DNA of 53,702 bases from a virus. Taxonomy: Duplodnaviria; Caudoviricetes. The stretch lies in IMG/VR virus record IMGVR_UViG_3300033153_001952, positions 1 through 53,702 of that record. One strand, written 5' to 3'. Position 1 is the first letter of the stretch, and each line of letters opens with the position of its first letter. This document shows, one piece after another, positions 39,370 to 49,845 of the stretch. The translations under genes were made by a program, and so were the position numbers. The notes under the pieces are model-generated. The model was not told the DNA's origin, made no database searches, and worked only from the letters and a program-made list of their open reading frames with translations.

Positions 39370-39522
39370 GTTATGACAGAAGATAAAGATAAGTCCCTTG
39401 AGCGTAAGCTTGAACGTGAAGAGCGTAATGACTATAAGCGACAGAGGGAAGAGGATAAGGAAGAAGTTTATGACGACCTTCCTGATTCTATCTATAATAA
39501 ACTGTATAAATAGAGGTAGCAA

Positions 39523-39739
39523 TATGATTAAGCTAAAAGACAGTAGAGGTCAGGACAGCCTTACTTTAGGATTCGTAGTGTTGTCATGGATAGCAGGGAC
39601 AATTACATTCATGTTAGCCGCGTACAAGGGCGAATACTTCCTAGCTGAATATGGGATGTTCGTAGGAACTAGCTTAGCTCCTTTCATGTTTAGAGAGTGG
39701 CAAAACAAAGGTAATAAAACAGATGATGTTCTTACTTAA
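39523..39739 (+). CDS. Putative holin (2 TM)
   Basis: GAGG RBS before MIKLKDSRG; two hydrophobic segments. Confidence 0.6.
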
Positions 39740-40061
39740 GAGATATTGGAAGATCATAGCCTTAGCACTTATGATTGGGGCAGCTGGATTAGCCGGTGTA
39801 ACCTTGTATAAGAAGAACGTAGCTCTGGAGGTGGAGGTGTCTGCTGTTACAATGCAGCTGAAGGCTTCTGAGAGCACGGTAGAGGCTATGGAAGACGATA
39901 AGCGTACACTTGATGCTATTCACATAGGTAATAAGCGTGAGCAGGCTCTGGTGGGACGTAAGATGGATGCATTAGAGAGTGAATTAGAGAGGTTAGCAAA
40001 TGAAAGCACTGATGAGTGCCTTGGCAGGGATATTCCTAGCGATATTTCTGACAGGTTGTAG
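39723..40061 (+). CDS. i-spanin (Rz-like)
   Basis: N-terminal TM, coiled coil, C-terminal C...IP. Confidence 0.8.
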   Translation: MMFLLKRYWKIIALALMIGAAGLAGVTLYKKNVALEVEVSAVTMQLKASESTVEAMEDDKRTLDAIHIGNKREQALVGRKMDALESELERLANESTDECLGRDIPSDISDRL

Positions 40062-40281
40062 TGAGCGCATTGTTTATAGGGATGTGTATAAGCTCCCTTC
40101 TAAAGAATGGTCACAACCCACACAATATGGTAGCTTCAGAGAGCTAGGGCTCAAGAGCTATGAAGAACTGATTGTTGTTTATGTACCTTATCTAAAAGCT
40201 GCTGTTGGTAGCTGCAATGTAGATAAAGGCTCAACGCTTGAGTACATACTTAAAGCAGAGAGTGAACAGGAAGAGAAATAG
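40000..40281 (+). CDS. o-spanin (Rz1-like lipoprotein)
   Basis: Lipobox LTGC; overlaps the Rz 3' end. Confidence 0.85.
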   Translation: MKALMSALAGIFLAIFLTGCSERIVYRDVYKLPSKEWSQPTQYGSFRELGLKSYEELIVVYVPYLKAAVGSCNVDKGSTLEYILKAESEQEEK

Positions 40282-40283
40282 AG

Positions 40284-40305
40284 AGGGGGCTTTCGCCCCT
40301 TTTTT
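40284..40305. terminator. Terminator ending the late operon
   Basis: GGGGC-TTTC-GCCCC followed by a T run. Confidence 0.85.
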
Positions 40306-41340
40306 ATCGTCTATAGAAATGTTCGCATTCCACTTCACCAGTGTGATCTGAGATAATTATATACTCAAAGGGAGCCCAATACTGATACTCACTCGCTACA
40401 GCTTGTTGCCTGTAGCACTTCTCAGCTAACGGGCAATCTTCATTCGTACACATAGTAATATCAGCCATGATGTTTGCCTCCTATCAGTTGTAAATTCTCT
40501 TCTAGCATCTCATCTAGCTCACTAGCTATGCTTGGATGTGAGTCTACATGGAATCCGATATAGTGCTTGTTATCGTGAAGCCACTGAACAATCTCATTCT
40601 CATTAAGCATACGCTCATAAGCTCTCTCATATTGCAGGCAACTCACGAGAACAACTCACTAAACACCCAGTATAAAGCAAGGAAGCCAGTCGTAACAGCA
40701 AAGAGTGCAAACGTAGCTTCCTTCCTGTACAGGCTCATAGCTTCTTCACCATAGCTTCAGAGGCAGCTACCAATGCAGCTTTAAGCTCTTCTACACTGTT
40801 ACAGCGTACAGCAGTCTTATCCACTATCGCATCACACACTTGAATCAGCGTAGGGTGGTAGGTGGTGGAGCTCTGACGCTTAGGCTTACCATGACGGTCT
40901 GTTCCATCACGCCACTGATGAAGAGCCCAACCATGATTGTCGCCCTCACATTCAAACTCCTCATTGAATTTAATCATCTGACCCCTCTCTGTTCCCGTAT
41001 AAATCTTCGTAAGCGTCGATAGCTGCAAGCATTACTTCAGCAAACTCGTAACTACAACCGTCTATTGTTGCCATCTCAGCAGCTGCATCATCTAGTCGTG
41101 AACATGCACGATAAGCTTCTACGGCAGCGTATGCTAAGTTGCTAAGATCTTCCACTAATCCACCTCATCCGTATCAACCCAGACAGTAGCAAGACTAACT
41201 ACAGGTATGAGCCCTACACCGTGAACAACTTCACATTTGTATGGAGACTCGAAATCACACTGTGTGAATTTGTAGGCATTAGTTGCCCAACAAGTAATAA
41301 TCGCAATGACTAAAGTAATACCAAATAATCCAGCATTCAT
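40304..41340 (-). CDS. Cluster of small hypothetical ORFs (40304-40468, 40461-~40632, 40735-~40977, 40970-41155, 41155-41340)
   Basis: Packed minus-strand ORFs downstream of promoter TTGACG-17-TAGGCT (41403..41375). Confidence 0.5.
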
Positions 41341-41406
41341 AATAATAACCTCTCTGTTTTGTTAATGTGTGCGTAGCCTACCACTATAGATAAGCCACGT
41401 CAACAG

Positions 41407-41589
41407 TTAATTTAATCTCTGTCCAGCAGTAAGCCAAGCTTCTGTACGCTGAATCTTAAACGTAGAAGCTATTTGCTTAGACATATCGTAGCCACATGCA
41501 GGGCATGACTGAGGAGGATCTGATAATTTACTCAGCTTGTCAAGCACTTCCTCACCACATGCAGAGCACTTCCAATCGAATATTGGCAC
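41407..41589 (-). CDS. FmdB-like zinc-ribbon protein
   Basis: MPIFDWKCSACG...CPACG. Confidence 0.8.
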   Translation of the reverse strand: MPIFDWKCSACGEEVLDKLSKLSDPPQSCPACGYDMSKQIASTFKIQRTEAWLTAGQRLN

Positions 41590-41813
41590 TAAGCTATCAG
41601 GTTAGCCAGAGTACTACGTAGCATGTACGTGCTAGCATTCCTACCAACTACACGACACTTACGTTTAGCTTTAAGCAATGCAAACGGGCCTCGGCTACCG
41701 AGCAGCTTACGAGCTGTGTTAACATTAACCTTAGCATACTTCGCAATCTCTGACAAGGTTGCACCAGTGGTACGTGCGCTCATATATCTAATCATCATTT
41801 GTTGTGTGTTCAT
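41589..41813 (-). CDS. Small HTH DNA-binding protein
   Basis: TLSEIAKYAKVNVNTARKLL. Confidence 0.6.
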   Translation of the reverse strand: MNTQQMMIRYMSARTTGATLSEIAKYAKVNVNTARKLLGSRGPFALLKAKRKCRVVGRNASTYMLRSTLANLIA

Positions 41814-41826
41814 TTGTTTCTCCTAA

Positions 41827-42030
41827 TTAAAATTTAATATTAATATGAGCTCTACCAACAACATAGCTAGGGCTCGAACTACTTATGGTATGTGTCTCTA
41901 ACACTTCTATACCTATATCAGATACAGCCAACCCTGTACTGTTGGAAAACTTAGCTACTAACTCACTAACTGAAGCAGCTATGTTACGTTCCAGTTCAGT
42001 TTTTAACCTTAGTGCGTCTGACACCTCCAT
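41827..42030 (-). CDS. Hypothetical protein
   Basis: TGATG overlap with the NAMPT-like gene. Confidence 0.55.
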   Translation of the reverse strand: MEVSDALRLKTELERNIAASVSELVAKFSNSTGLAVSDIGIEVLETHTISSSSPSYVVGRAHINIKF

Positions 42031-43760
42031 CAGAGAGTGCCTAGACGCTTACGAATCCCACTGAGAGTCTGTGGATCAGTGTGTACACCATCCTCAAACA
42101 CTGTAGTCAATAGTGACTCAGCTTCCTGCTCAGGTGTAGCCGAGTTTCGTAGCTTAAGCTCACCGTCCTCGCTATACACTTGCAGCAGACCTTTAGCAGA
42201 CTTCTTTGTGCCATCATCTGTAGCAGGGTCTTTAAACAGCTCACGCGGTACACCATTCACTTCACCGTAGGTAGCTTTCACCGCCATGCCGAAAGTATCT
42301 CGTGTAACATATTGGTAAGTGTATGAGCCAATACCAAATACTACATTAGTGGAAGCAAAGCCTTTAGCCTCAAGTCGCTTGAAGATATCAGCAGCTCGTG
42401 CAAGGGTGATAGAGTCGCCGTAGATGAGTCCAATGTGCTCATCAAGCTCCTTGTATCCCTTCTCGTTAACAGAGCCTCCAAAGGTGTTCCAGAGGCACTG
42501 TACGCTGCCTAGCATTGCTGGAGTTGCTTCAACACCCGTACCCTTAGTGAGTCCTGCATCGCCGTAGCAGTCTATATAATAAAACTCTTTATCGTGACGA
42601 TTATACTCAAAAGTAGTTGACAACGAGACTGCCTCTCCCTCTACAAGGACTACTGTAGTGTACTCTTCATTACCACAACAGTACGAACCTTCGCAAGCCT
42701 CTTTAGCTTCGTACCAGTGACGGTCATTAATCTCTGCGATTGCATCATCAAGAGTTTTGAAGCTCTCAGCAGTGCCACAAATAATATCAGCAGGATCTCC
42801 ACTGTCAGGACGAATCACTACCTTATTGAAGCCAGCAGCATCTGGTGTACGTGCCATAATCTCATCCTTCAATGAGGGGATGGTTACAGTAAGTACGTTC
42901 CAGTAGTCCCAAGTATCACTCACAATAGAAATGATACCTGTCGGGTAGAGCTCAGTGATAAGGCGCTTGTAAGTATCAAACTCACCTTCCAAACTGCCCA
43001 TACACATTACGCTGTGCTCAGTAGCATTAACGCTGCCACCAATAAACTCACAACTAGCATCAGCTTGGTAGTAGCCTTCCAGATAATCAATAGCTGGAAT
43101 AGTGTCAGTGCCTAAGAATGACAGCAGGTGACCAGCTCCGCACTTAGCAGCATCATCTACACCGGACATACCGCGCATACTGAAATCGTGACCTTGGAAA
43201 GGTACAAAGCCAGCAAACCCGCCAGTGTCAGCAGCCCACTTATCAAACAGCAGCCGGTACTCATACGCAATGGTAGCGATAGTGGCAGGCTTCCACAGCT
43301 CAGCAGACATAGCAGTTTCAACAAAGTTAGTCAGCCAGAAGAAATTCGGCAGAGTATTAACAATGGTGAACATAGGGATGCCGATGGGTACACGAGTACC
43401 TTCTGGCAGAGCCTTAATCTTCAATGGTAGGAAGCCCAGATCGTGCAGAGCTTCAATGTGCTCTACAGGAGGCATACCATTACTGAGTGATGTACCTAGA
43501 CGATGCTTATAGCGCTCCACTACAGAACTCTTAGGCTGATTGAAGAACATATCATTCCACCAATCAATCAGATTATACTGAATGAAGCCACTCAAGCCAA
43601 ACTGGACAACCTTGTTGTCGAATGTTGCCTTATCCACAGGAGCATGTTTAGCACTACGTGGTGTCATGTTTGAGTACACCAGATCAGTATTGTCTGGATA
43701 CTGTGGTGGGTGACCTGTCTTGTAGAAATCAGCACCTGTAATTGGGTATGTCTTAATCAT
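42030..43760 (-). CDS. Nicotinamide phosphoribosyltransferase-like (Namat/NadV family)
   Basis: DFYKTGH, HDFSMRG, ATEHSVM, SIVSDTWD, IRPDSGDP, IYGDSIT, KKSAKG. Confidence 0.93.
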   Translation of the reverse strand: MIKTYPITGADFYKTGHPPQYPDNTDLVYSNMTPRSAKHAPVDKATFDNKVVQFGLSGFIQYNLIDWWNDMFFNQPKSSVVERYKHRLGTSLSNGMPPVEHIEALHDLGFLPLKIKALPEGTRVPIGIPMFTIVNTLPNFFWLTNFVETAMSAELWKPATIATIAYEYRLLFDKWAADTGGFAGFVPFQGHDFSMRGMSGVDDAAKCGAGHLLSFLGTDTIPAIDYLEGYYQADASCEFIGGSVNATEHSVMCMGSLEGEFDTYKRLITELYPTGIISIVSDTWDYWNVLTVTIPSLKDEIMARTPDAAGFNKVVIRPDSGDPADIICGTAESFKTLDDAIAEINDRHWYEAKEACEGSYCCGNEEYTTVVLVEGEAVSLSTTFEYNRHDKEFYYIDCYGDAGLTKGTGVEATPAMLGSVQCLWNTFGGSVNEKGYKELDEHIGLIYGDSITLARAADIFKRLEAKGFASTNVVFGIGSYTYQYVTRDTFGMAVKATYGEVNGVPRELFKDPATDDGTKKSAKGLLQVYSEDGELKLRNSATPEQEAESLLTTVFEDGVHTDPQTLSGIRKRLGTL

Positions 43761-44155
43761 TTACCACCTCCGTTTAAATAGTTAGCTACATCTTGAAGGT
43801 CTGTAGTGAAGATACCTCCGTTACGAACAACCATCTTACCAACCTCTGTTAGACTGTGCAACTCTTTTTCTTCAAAAGCATACCACCCGTCTTCAGCTAG
43901 CACACAAAATACAGTTTTTTCGGGCCGCTTGTTACTGTCATCAATAACTTCCGCTAGCGAGTAGTACCCCTGCATACGTGGAGTAATAACATATAGGCAG
44001 TAGTCACATACCTCACGCTGGTGAAGCTCTTCAGCTTTACAATCCTCATTCCAATCATCAACTACAGGATTGAAATAAACAATCTCAAGAAGTCCGATAA
44101 GCTCCTCACGCCATGTTGAATCAGCGCAAGTGCCTCCTAAAAATACCTTATCCAT
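43757..44155 (-). CDS. Nucleoside 2-deoxyribosyltransferase-like protein
   Basis: VFLGG...WRE...FNP...W...E and SLAE (putative catalytic Glu). Confidence 0.75.
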   Translation of the reverse strand: MDKVFLGGTCADSTWREELIGLLEIVYFNPVVDDWNEDCKAEELHQREVCDYCLYVITPRMQGYYSLAEVIDDSNKRPEKTVFCVLAEDGWYAFEEKELHSLTEVGKMVVRNGGIFTTDLQDVANYLNGGGK

Positions 44156-44984
44156 TATAACCTTCTCCTTCTACTCTACCGCCACTCTGATATACTGAAT
44201 CTGTGGTGTATATATTATCATAAATACCATACAAAGCAGACGTACCTTTAGTGAAGAATCCATGAGTGATGAATAAGTTCAGGTGGCACTGCTCATTCAA
44301 ATCTCGCATTGCGCTTCCAAGTCCGAGGAAAGTTCCCCCGCCATCACAGATATCATCTACAACTAGGAAGTGCATATTACTACGCACAAGCTCTGGGTTG
44401 CGGATATCTATAGAAGTTATCTGCCCTGTCGATACATCACGTACCTTATCAGCATAAACAATATCAGTGATACCAAACTCCTTAGCGATAGCTTGAGTCT
44501 TTTTAACTGAACCTGCATCTGGCGATACTAATGTATAGCCAACCATACCATCAGCCCCTAGAGTCTCGTCTAGGATATCTCTCTGGTGTATGTTAAAGCA
44601 ATTATCAATTAAGGCTGTAGCAACATCACTGTGGTTATCCCAAGTAGTTACTTGATTAAAGCCCATATCATTGATGATGTTAGCGAACACCTTCAGTGAA
44701 AAGCTCTCTCCTACATTACACACTCTATCCTGTCGAGAGTATGGTACGTAAGGCATCACTAACTCAGTGAAGTAGATGAACTTAAACTTTGAGCGTAGTG
44801 CTTCAAGCAGTTGAGCTACAACAATTATGCCGTTGTTACCAAGCAGCCTCCAGTCATACACGATGCGTACACTCACTGCGCGAGCTAGATTTATCTCAGG
44901 AATAACAACACCAAGCTCCCCTGAAGGGAACTCATTAATGTGCGCCTCAAACTCTCTATCGTTTATGAAGAAGTTAAGCTTCAT
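44148..44984 (-). CDS. Ribose-phosphate pyrophosphokinase-like (Adps/Prs family)
   Basis: FPSGE, MPYVPYSRQDR, DNHS, SPDAG, VDDICDGGGTF, THG. Confidence 0.92.
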   Translation of the reverse strand: MKLNFFINDREFEAHINEFPSGELGVVIPEINLARAVSVRIVYDWRLLGNNGIIVVAQLLEALRSKFKFIYFTELVMPYVPYSRQDRVCNVGESFSLKVFANIINDMGFNQVTTWDNHSDVATALIDNCFNIHQRDILDETLGADGMVGYTLVSPDAGSVKKTQAIAKEFGITDIVYADKVRDVSTGQITSIDIRNPELVRSNMHFLVVDDICDGGGTFLGLGSAMRDLNEQCHLNLFITHGFFTKGTSALYGIYDNIYTTDSVYQSGGRVEGEGYNG

Positions 44985-45128
44985 TGATAGAACCCTCGAC
45001 TTGCTTAGCAACTCCATCAAGAATCTCCATCACGTTGCTAATAATCCCTACCTTGTACGATTCAGTACGGACAAGGATATTCTTAACAGTGGTTAGCTCA
45101 CGCAGGATATCTTCTGGCGTTGCTTCTT

Positions 45129-45323
45129 TTAATTCAGACATAGTTTATACCCCTTATCATGTAAGTCTCTTTTAGTTTGTGTATACCAGTCAGTACCTCG
45201 CTGAGAATCCCAGTTTCTTAGGGCTGCATGACAGAACTTCGATAGTTGCTCGTCATTACTACACTTTCCTTCTACAAGAGTACTAATCAGCCACCGCAAT
45301 GCCGTGTTAAAATCTCCAGTCAT
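45129..45323 (-). CDS. Hypothetical protein
   Basis: GGAGG RBS; promoter TTGACA-17-CATCAT at 45379..45351. Confidence 0.55.
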   Translation of the reverse strand: MTGDFNTALRWLISTLVEGKCSNDEQLSKFCHAALRNWDSQRGTDWYTQTKRDLHDKGYKLCLN

Positions 45324-45432
45324 AATACCTCCTAGTTAATTCGTATGGGGATGATGGCACAGATAACCAGCCGTGTCAAGGCTAATTATCACTTTAATGT
45401 GATAGTTTAATCTATATATTATCACACCAACT

Positions 45433-46020
45433 TTATCCGCACTTACTATCACCGCAGTTAAGGCAAGCATTGCAGCCATCCATAAGTATCACAGCCTTCT
45501 CACCACACTCATTACACACCGTAGCTGACTCAGGGTATTGCCCTTCCTCTATAACCTCTACAGGCTCTTGTACTACGGCCTGCACAGGCTCCTTTACATG
45601 GTGCTCAAGCACATAACCAATAGCTGCTGGGATGGAGGCAATAAACTTCGGCTTATCCATACCTACAACCTTCATGAACCCTACACCACCCGAAGGATCT
45701 GCCGTAGCCTTTAGCTCCTCTATCATAAATGCAACATCATCTGCTCTTCTGAACACAGCTGACATCATCCGCATTAGCGAGGTTACCCACTGGAAGTTCT
45801 TAGTATCTTTAGTGTTAATGAATATCTCGGCTGGTTTACCTTCATCATCATTATTGATAGTGATATAATAAGCATCCTGCATCGACCCACCCTTAACCTT
45901 GTAGGTGAATCCTCGCAGAGTCTCAGGCCGCGCCTTAAGCTTAAATGGCTCACTTACAATCTTCTTTTCAGTAGTGCTACCAACACTGTAGCTTACAATT
46001 TTACTTTTAATTATTACCAT
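45433..46020 (-). CDS. nrdJb: Class II ribonucleotide reductase, small (TSCPD/NrdJb) subunit
   Basis: RPETLRG.TYK, YITIN, EIFIN, C-terminal CNECG...CNACLNCGDSKCG. Confidence 0.88.
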   Translation of the reverse strand: MVIIKSKIVSYSVGSTTEKKIVSEPFKLKARPETLRGFTYKVKGGSMQDAYYITINNDDEGKPAEIFINTKDTKNFQWVTSLMRMMSAVFRRADDVAFMIEELKATADPSGGVGFMKVVGMDKPKFIASIPAAIGYVLEHHVKEPVQAVVQEPVEVIEEGQYPESATVCNECGEKAVILMDGCNACLNCGDSKCG

Positions 46021-48038
46021 TAATATTTACCGTAAGTACCTTCTTTAAGTGAATCGAAAAGATTAGACGCTTTGTGTGTTTCACCATCATAGAGCACATC
46101 CTCATTACCAGCCGCTTCGTACTCAGTTCCGTCCTCCGATGTAAAGGTATAGATTGTATTTGCCAAGTCTTCATCCTTAACAAGCACACCACTGAATGCT
46201 TCTGGGTTATATCTGAAAGTAGTGCAACCTTTCAAGCCCTTCTCATAAGCATACAGATAGATATCTTTGAAGTCCTCGAAAGGATAGTCAGTTGGTACGT
46301 TGCAAGTTTTACTGATGGAACTATCTATCCAGTACTGTGCAGCTGCCTGAATATCTACGTGAGCTTTGGGACTAATAGTATTAGTATCCACAAAGTAATC
46401 TGGTAGTTTAGCATCCTCACCGTACATGTGGGTGTAGAGAAGCTTCTCGTAAGACATAACTTTAACTTGCTCTTTAGTCTTCTTACCTTCACGAATAATG
46501 TTACGTAAATACTCGTGAGCAAAGCTAGGCTCAATACCGTTACTTGCATTGTTGGCTAGAGATAGAGCTATGGTTCCGGTTGGTGCAATAGAGCTATGGT
46601 GCGTGAATCTACATCCATACTCTTTAGCTTTAACTAGTAAGTCAGGACGCTCTGCCCAGATACGCTCCATGTACTTCGACTCTACCCACAAATTAGCGCC
46701 ATGAGTGTTGTACTCTTCAAACCACTCGGCCATAATAGGTGCAGCGCCCTTCTCTTTAGCTAACTCAATACCCACTTCAAAACCTGTGATAGCCAAGTCA
46801 TGAGTTACATTTGATGTGAACTTTATAGACTCTTCAGATCCATACTTAATACCTAGCATAGTTAGTGCTGAGCCTAGACCTAAATAACCCATACCGTGAC
46901 GGCGCTTACGAATAATCTCAGCACGCTGCTCTTCAAGAGGTAAGCCATTAATCTCTACCACGTTATCAAGCATACGTGTGAATATCTTAACTACCTTTTT
47001 AAATTCTTCGTAGTCGAAACTAGCTTCACTTGTAAATGGATTCTTAACAAACTTAGTTAGATTAACTGAGCCTAGTAGGCAAGCACCGTACGGAGGGAGT
47101 GGTTGCTCTCCGCATGGATTCGTAGCTCTAACATCTTCACAGAACCAGTTATTGTTTAGATCATTAATCTCATCAATCAATATGAATCCCGGCTCAGCGA
47201 AGTCATAGGTGGATTCCATTATTAAATCCCATAACCACCGCGCCTTGACTACCTCATATACTTTACAAGCTACCTTACCAGCATCGTCGTAGGTATAGCC
47301 TTCGCTCTTTAAAGGCCAGTTATCTTCCCACACAACCGAATCAGTATTAAGCAGATTAGTCTCTTTGATATGCAAAGGAAAAACTAACTTCCATTCAGTA
47401 TCGTTCTTTACTGCTTCCATGAAATTCTTAGTAATAAGAGCTGAGAGGTTAAACTGACGTAAACGACCATCCTCTCTCTTAGCCGTAATGAAGTCTGCAA
47501 TGTCTGGATGTCGTACATCAAACGTCATCATTTGTGCGCCTCTACGGCCACCAGCAGAGCTAATGGTGAAGCACATCTTATCGTATATATCAGCAAAGGT
47601 AAGTGGGCCTGAAGTGTGAGCACCAACGCCAGCTACTAATGCGCCACTCGGACGTAGAGTGGAGAACTCGTAACCAATACCGCAACCGCCATGCAATGTA
47701 AGACCAGCTTCATGCGACTTACGCATAATGTCGTCGATAGAGTCCTCAATAGTACCACTCACTGTGCAGTTAATAGTAGAGGTAGATGGTTTATATTCTC
47801 CGGCCCCTGCATTAGCTATGATTCTTCCAGCAGGGGTAGCACCCATACGCATAGCGTACATGAATTGATCATACCAGAAATCACTGTCTTCTGGCTCTTG
47901 GTTAGCCAACTCACGAGCTACCCTTGAGAAAGTACCTTCAATGTCTGCATCTACGGGATTTTGTTCTTGATCTTTCAACCTGTACTTCTTATCCCAAATA
48001 TCTTCCGAAGCTGGTTGCAGCTTAATGTTTTCTACCAC
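46020..48038 (-). CDS. nrdJa: Class II (B12-dependent) ribonucleotide reductase, large subunit
   Basis: PAGRI, INC, GGRRGAQM, TNPCGEQ, IAPTGT, SISKT. Confidence 0.93.
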   Translation of the reverse strand: MVENIKLQPASEDIWDKKYRLKDQEQNPVDADIEGTFSRVARELANQEPEDSDFWYDQFMYAMRMGATPAGRIIANAGAGEYKPSTSTINCTVSGTIEDSIDDIMRKSHEAGLTLHGGCGIGYEFSTLRPSGALVAGVGAHTSGPLTFADIYDKMCFTISSAGGRRGAQMMTFDVRHPDIADFITAKREDGRLRQFNLSALITKNFMEAVKNDTEWKLVFPLHIKETNLLNTDSVVWEDNWPLKSEGYTYDDAGKVACKVYEVVKARWLWDLIMESTYDFAEPGFILIDEINDLNNNWFCEDVRATNPCGEQPLPPYGACLLGSVNLTKFVKNPFTSEASFDYEEFKKVVKIFTRMLDNVVEINGLPLEEQRAEIIRKRRHGMGYLGLGSALTMLGIKYGSEESIKFTSNVTHDLAITGFEVGIELAKEKGAAPIMAEWFEEYNTHGANLWVESKYMERIWAERPDLLVKAKEYGCRFTHHSSIAPTGTIALSLANNASNGIEPSFAHEYLRNIIREGKKTKEQVKVMSYEKLLYTHMYGEDAKLPDYFVDTNTISPKAHVDIQAAAQYWIDSSISKTCNVPTDYPFEDFKDIYLYAYEKGLKGCTTFRYNPEAFSGVLVKDEDLANTIYTFTSEDGTEYEAAGNEDVLYDGETHKASNLFDSLKEGTYGKY

Positions 48039-48050
48039 TTCTGTACCTCC

Positions 48051-48359
48051 TCAATCATCTTTAACAAACACCCCATTAACCATCTCACCGCTGCGTTTAC
48101 TTATCACATTGTAAGCTGACTGCAAACAATCTGTAGCATTGAGTCCATACAGTTCTGATAAAATTAATAGTGTGACTTGGATATCACCGATAGCATCAAT
48201 AATCTCATCTCTGTCTTCGTGGTTTACTGCATCTGCCAACTCACCAACTTCACTTACAGTTTTAAGCAGCTGACTCTTAGGATCTGAGTTTTGCAGGATA
48301 CCTTTACGTCCTGCCCATACCAGCACATCGTGGTATAGGTCTTCATAGTCTTTTAGCAT
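48051..48359 (-). CDS. MazG-like nucleotide pyrophosphohydrolase
   Basis: KTVSEVGELA...DAIGD...R.G.MVNG.FVK. Confidence 0.85.
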   Translation of the reverse strand: MLKDYEDLYHDVLVWAGRKGILQNSDPKSQLLKTVSEVGELADAVNHEDRDEIIDAIGDIQVTLLILSELYGLNATDCLQSAYNVISKRSGEMVNGVFVKDD

Positions 48360-49063
48360 TACAAACCCTCCGTATCGTCCGAATATATATCATCAAAAGC
48401 GTCTAGGTTACTCATAATAGCCACCTGTAATTGAACACAGATAGTTTCAGAAGTCATCCCAAGCCTATCAATAATTTCCTCTGGATCTAGTGTATCAGCA
48501 ATTCGTTGCATAATGTCACTTTGTAATAGTGTCATACCCAATCGCCTGTTCTAATGAACTTACCACTAGAGTCAAACGTGAACGTGAACTCGCCGCCCAC
48601 TACAACATCTGATACACCGTCATGATTATCCACGTAGAATACATCACCCTCTGTATCAGTGCTTTGTACCATGCCGAAACTCTTCAACAGTAGTTGCAGC
48701 TTTTTCAAATCTGTACCTATAATATTACTCATCATACTTCTCCAGTCGCTCTATTTCAGCGTCGATGTAGAAACGAATCTTCTTAGCATCTCGTAGCTTA
48801 GGGGAGTGCTCCACTTCACCGTAGCGGTAGCAAGCTCTCACGATCTCAGCTATTTGCCCGTTCATATCTTTGTAGGATATTAAGTCCTGAAGCTCTTTGG
48901 CATTCTCTGGTAGCTCGTAGTAACTAGCTGTACTGCCATCTGAAGCTTCTTTAGTCAGGATGTCTTGCGGCAACCAATTAACATACTCACCAGTACATTG
49001 ATAGCACGGAGGGAAGCTAGCTTCCTCTTCCGCATATTTACAGTTCACGCATGACTCAATCAC
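48359..49063 (-). CDS. Three hypothetical proteins (48359-48541, 48532-48735, 48725-49063)
   Basis: Overlapping minus-strand ORFs. Confidence 0.55.
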
Positions 49064-49845
49064 TTACCACCTCCTTTGTTTCCATACTTCCTAAGTAAGA
49101 AGTTTAGTGATAGTTCAAGCAAACAATAATCACCATTAGCTACTTCACTTAGATGGATACATCCTTGCCAGTGATCGTTAGCTTGATACCCTTTATAATC
49201 TTCAAAGTGCTGATAGTAACTACCAACTACCAAAGCTCTTATTGTTCTACCATTAGCAAGGTGCTTCATAGCCATATCCAAGCCCTGCTGATGTCCCATC
49301 ACAAAACTAAATCCAATGTTGTTTAGCTTAGTAGTTGCCTTACCACCATAAGCTTTACCTGACATTGGCTGATAGAAGTAATGAGAGTAGGTTAAACCAT
49401 CAATCTCTACTGGCTGCAAGAAGTCATAAACTTCCCAGCCCATCTCCTCTAGTTTCAAGTCCTGATAGCCTAGCTTACCATGCAGCTCTGGATGAGCGTT
49501 CACATGGCGCACAATCCTATACTCATGATTACCTAGTAAGAACACCATACGCGGGTTGTACGTCTTATGTTTACTCTTGCGCTGTCGTTTATTGAAGTCG
49601 TTAATCGGTTTCAAGAACTCCTTCATCGCCTTAATACCGGCATTAATATCTTTCTGGTACGTCTTACCCTCTGCCCGCTTAGTGCCTTTATCGTAAGAAC
49701 TTAGTGACGGCATATCAAAGAAGTCACCCAAGCATACAATTACTTTCGGTCTTTTAGCTAAGCAATACCTTCCAGCTGCAAACAAGTGGTTAGTTTTTAC
49801 ACCGTCCTTAACTTGTGCGTCTGGTAATATAAAATGGTCACGCAT
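49060..49845 (-). CDS. Calcineurin-like metallophosphoesterase
   Basis: PDAQ, LGDFFD, GNHE, SH, GHQQ. Confidence 0.88.
   Translation of the reverse strand: MRDHFILPDAQVKDGVKTNHLFAAGRYCLAKRPKVIVCLGDFFDMPSLSSYDKGTKRAEGKTYQKDINAGIKAMKEFLKPINDFNKRQRKSKHKTYNPRMVFLLGNHEYRIVRHVNAHPELHGKLGYQDLKLEEMGWEVYDFLQPVEIDGLTYSHYFYQPMSGKAYGGKATTKLNNIGFSFVMGHQQGLDMAMKHLANGRTIRALVVGSYYQHFEDYKGYQANDHWQGCIHLSEVANGDYCLLELSLNFLLRKYGNKGGGK

Noticed and set aside
39398-39522. N-terminal extension of the holin ORF
   Set aside because: Better explained by a small charged ORF (39373-39513) in another frame and an RBS-backed ATG at 39523.
42030-48038. Intein or intron in the NAMPT-like or RNR genes
   Set aside because: No intein splice-junction motifs; the NrdJa/NrdJb split is a known arrangement.
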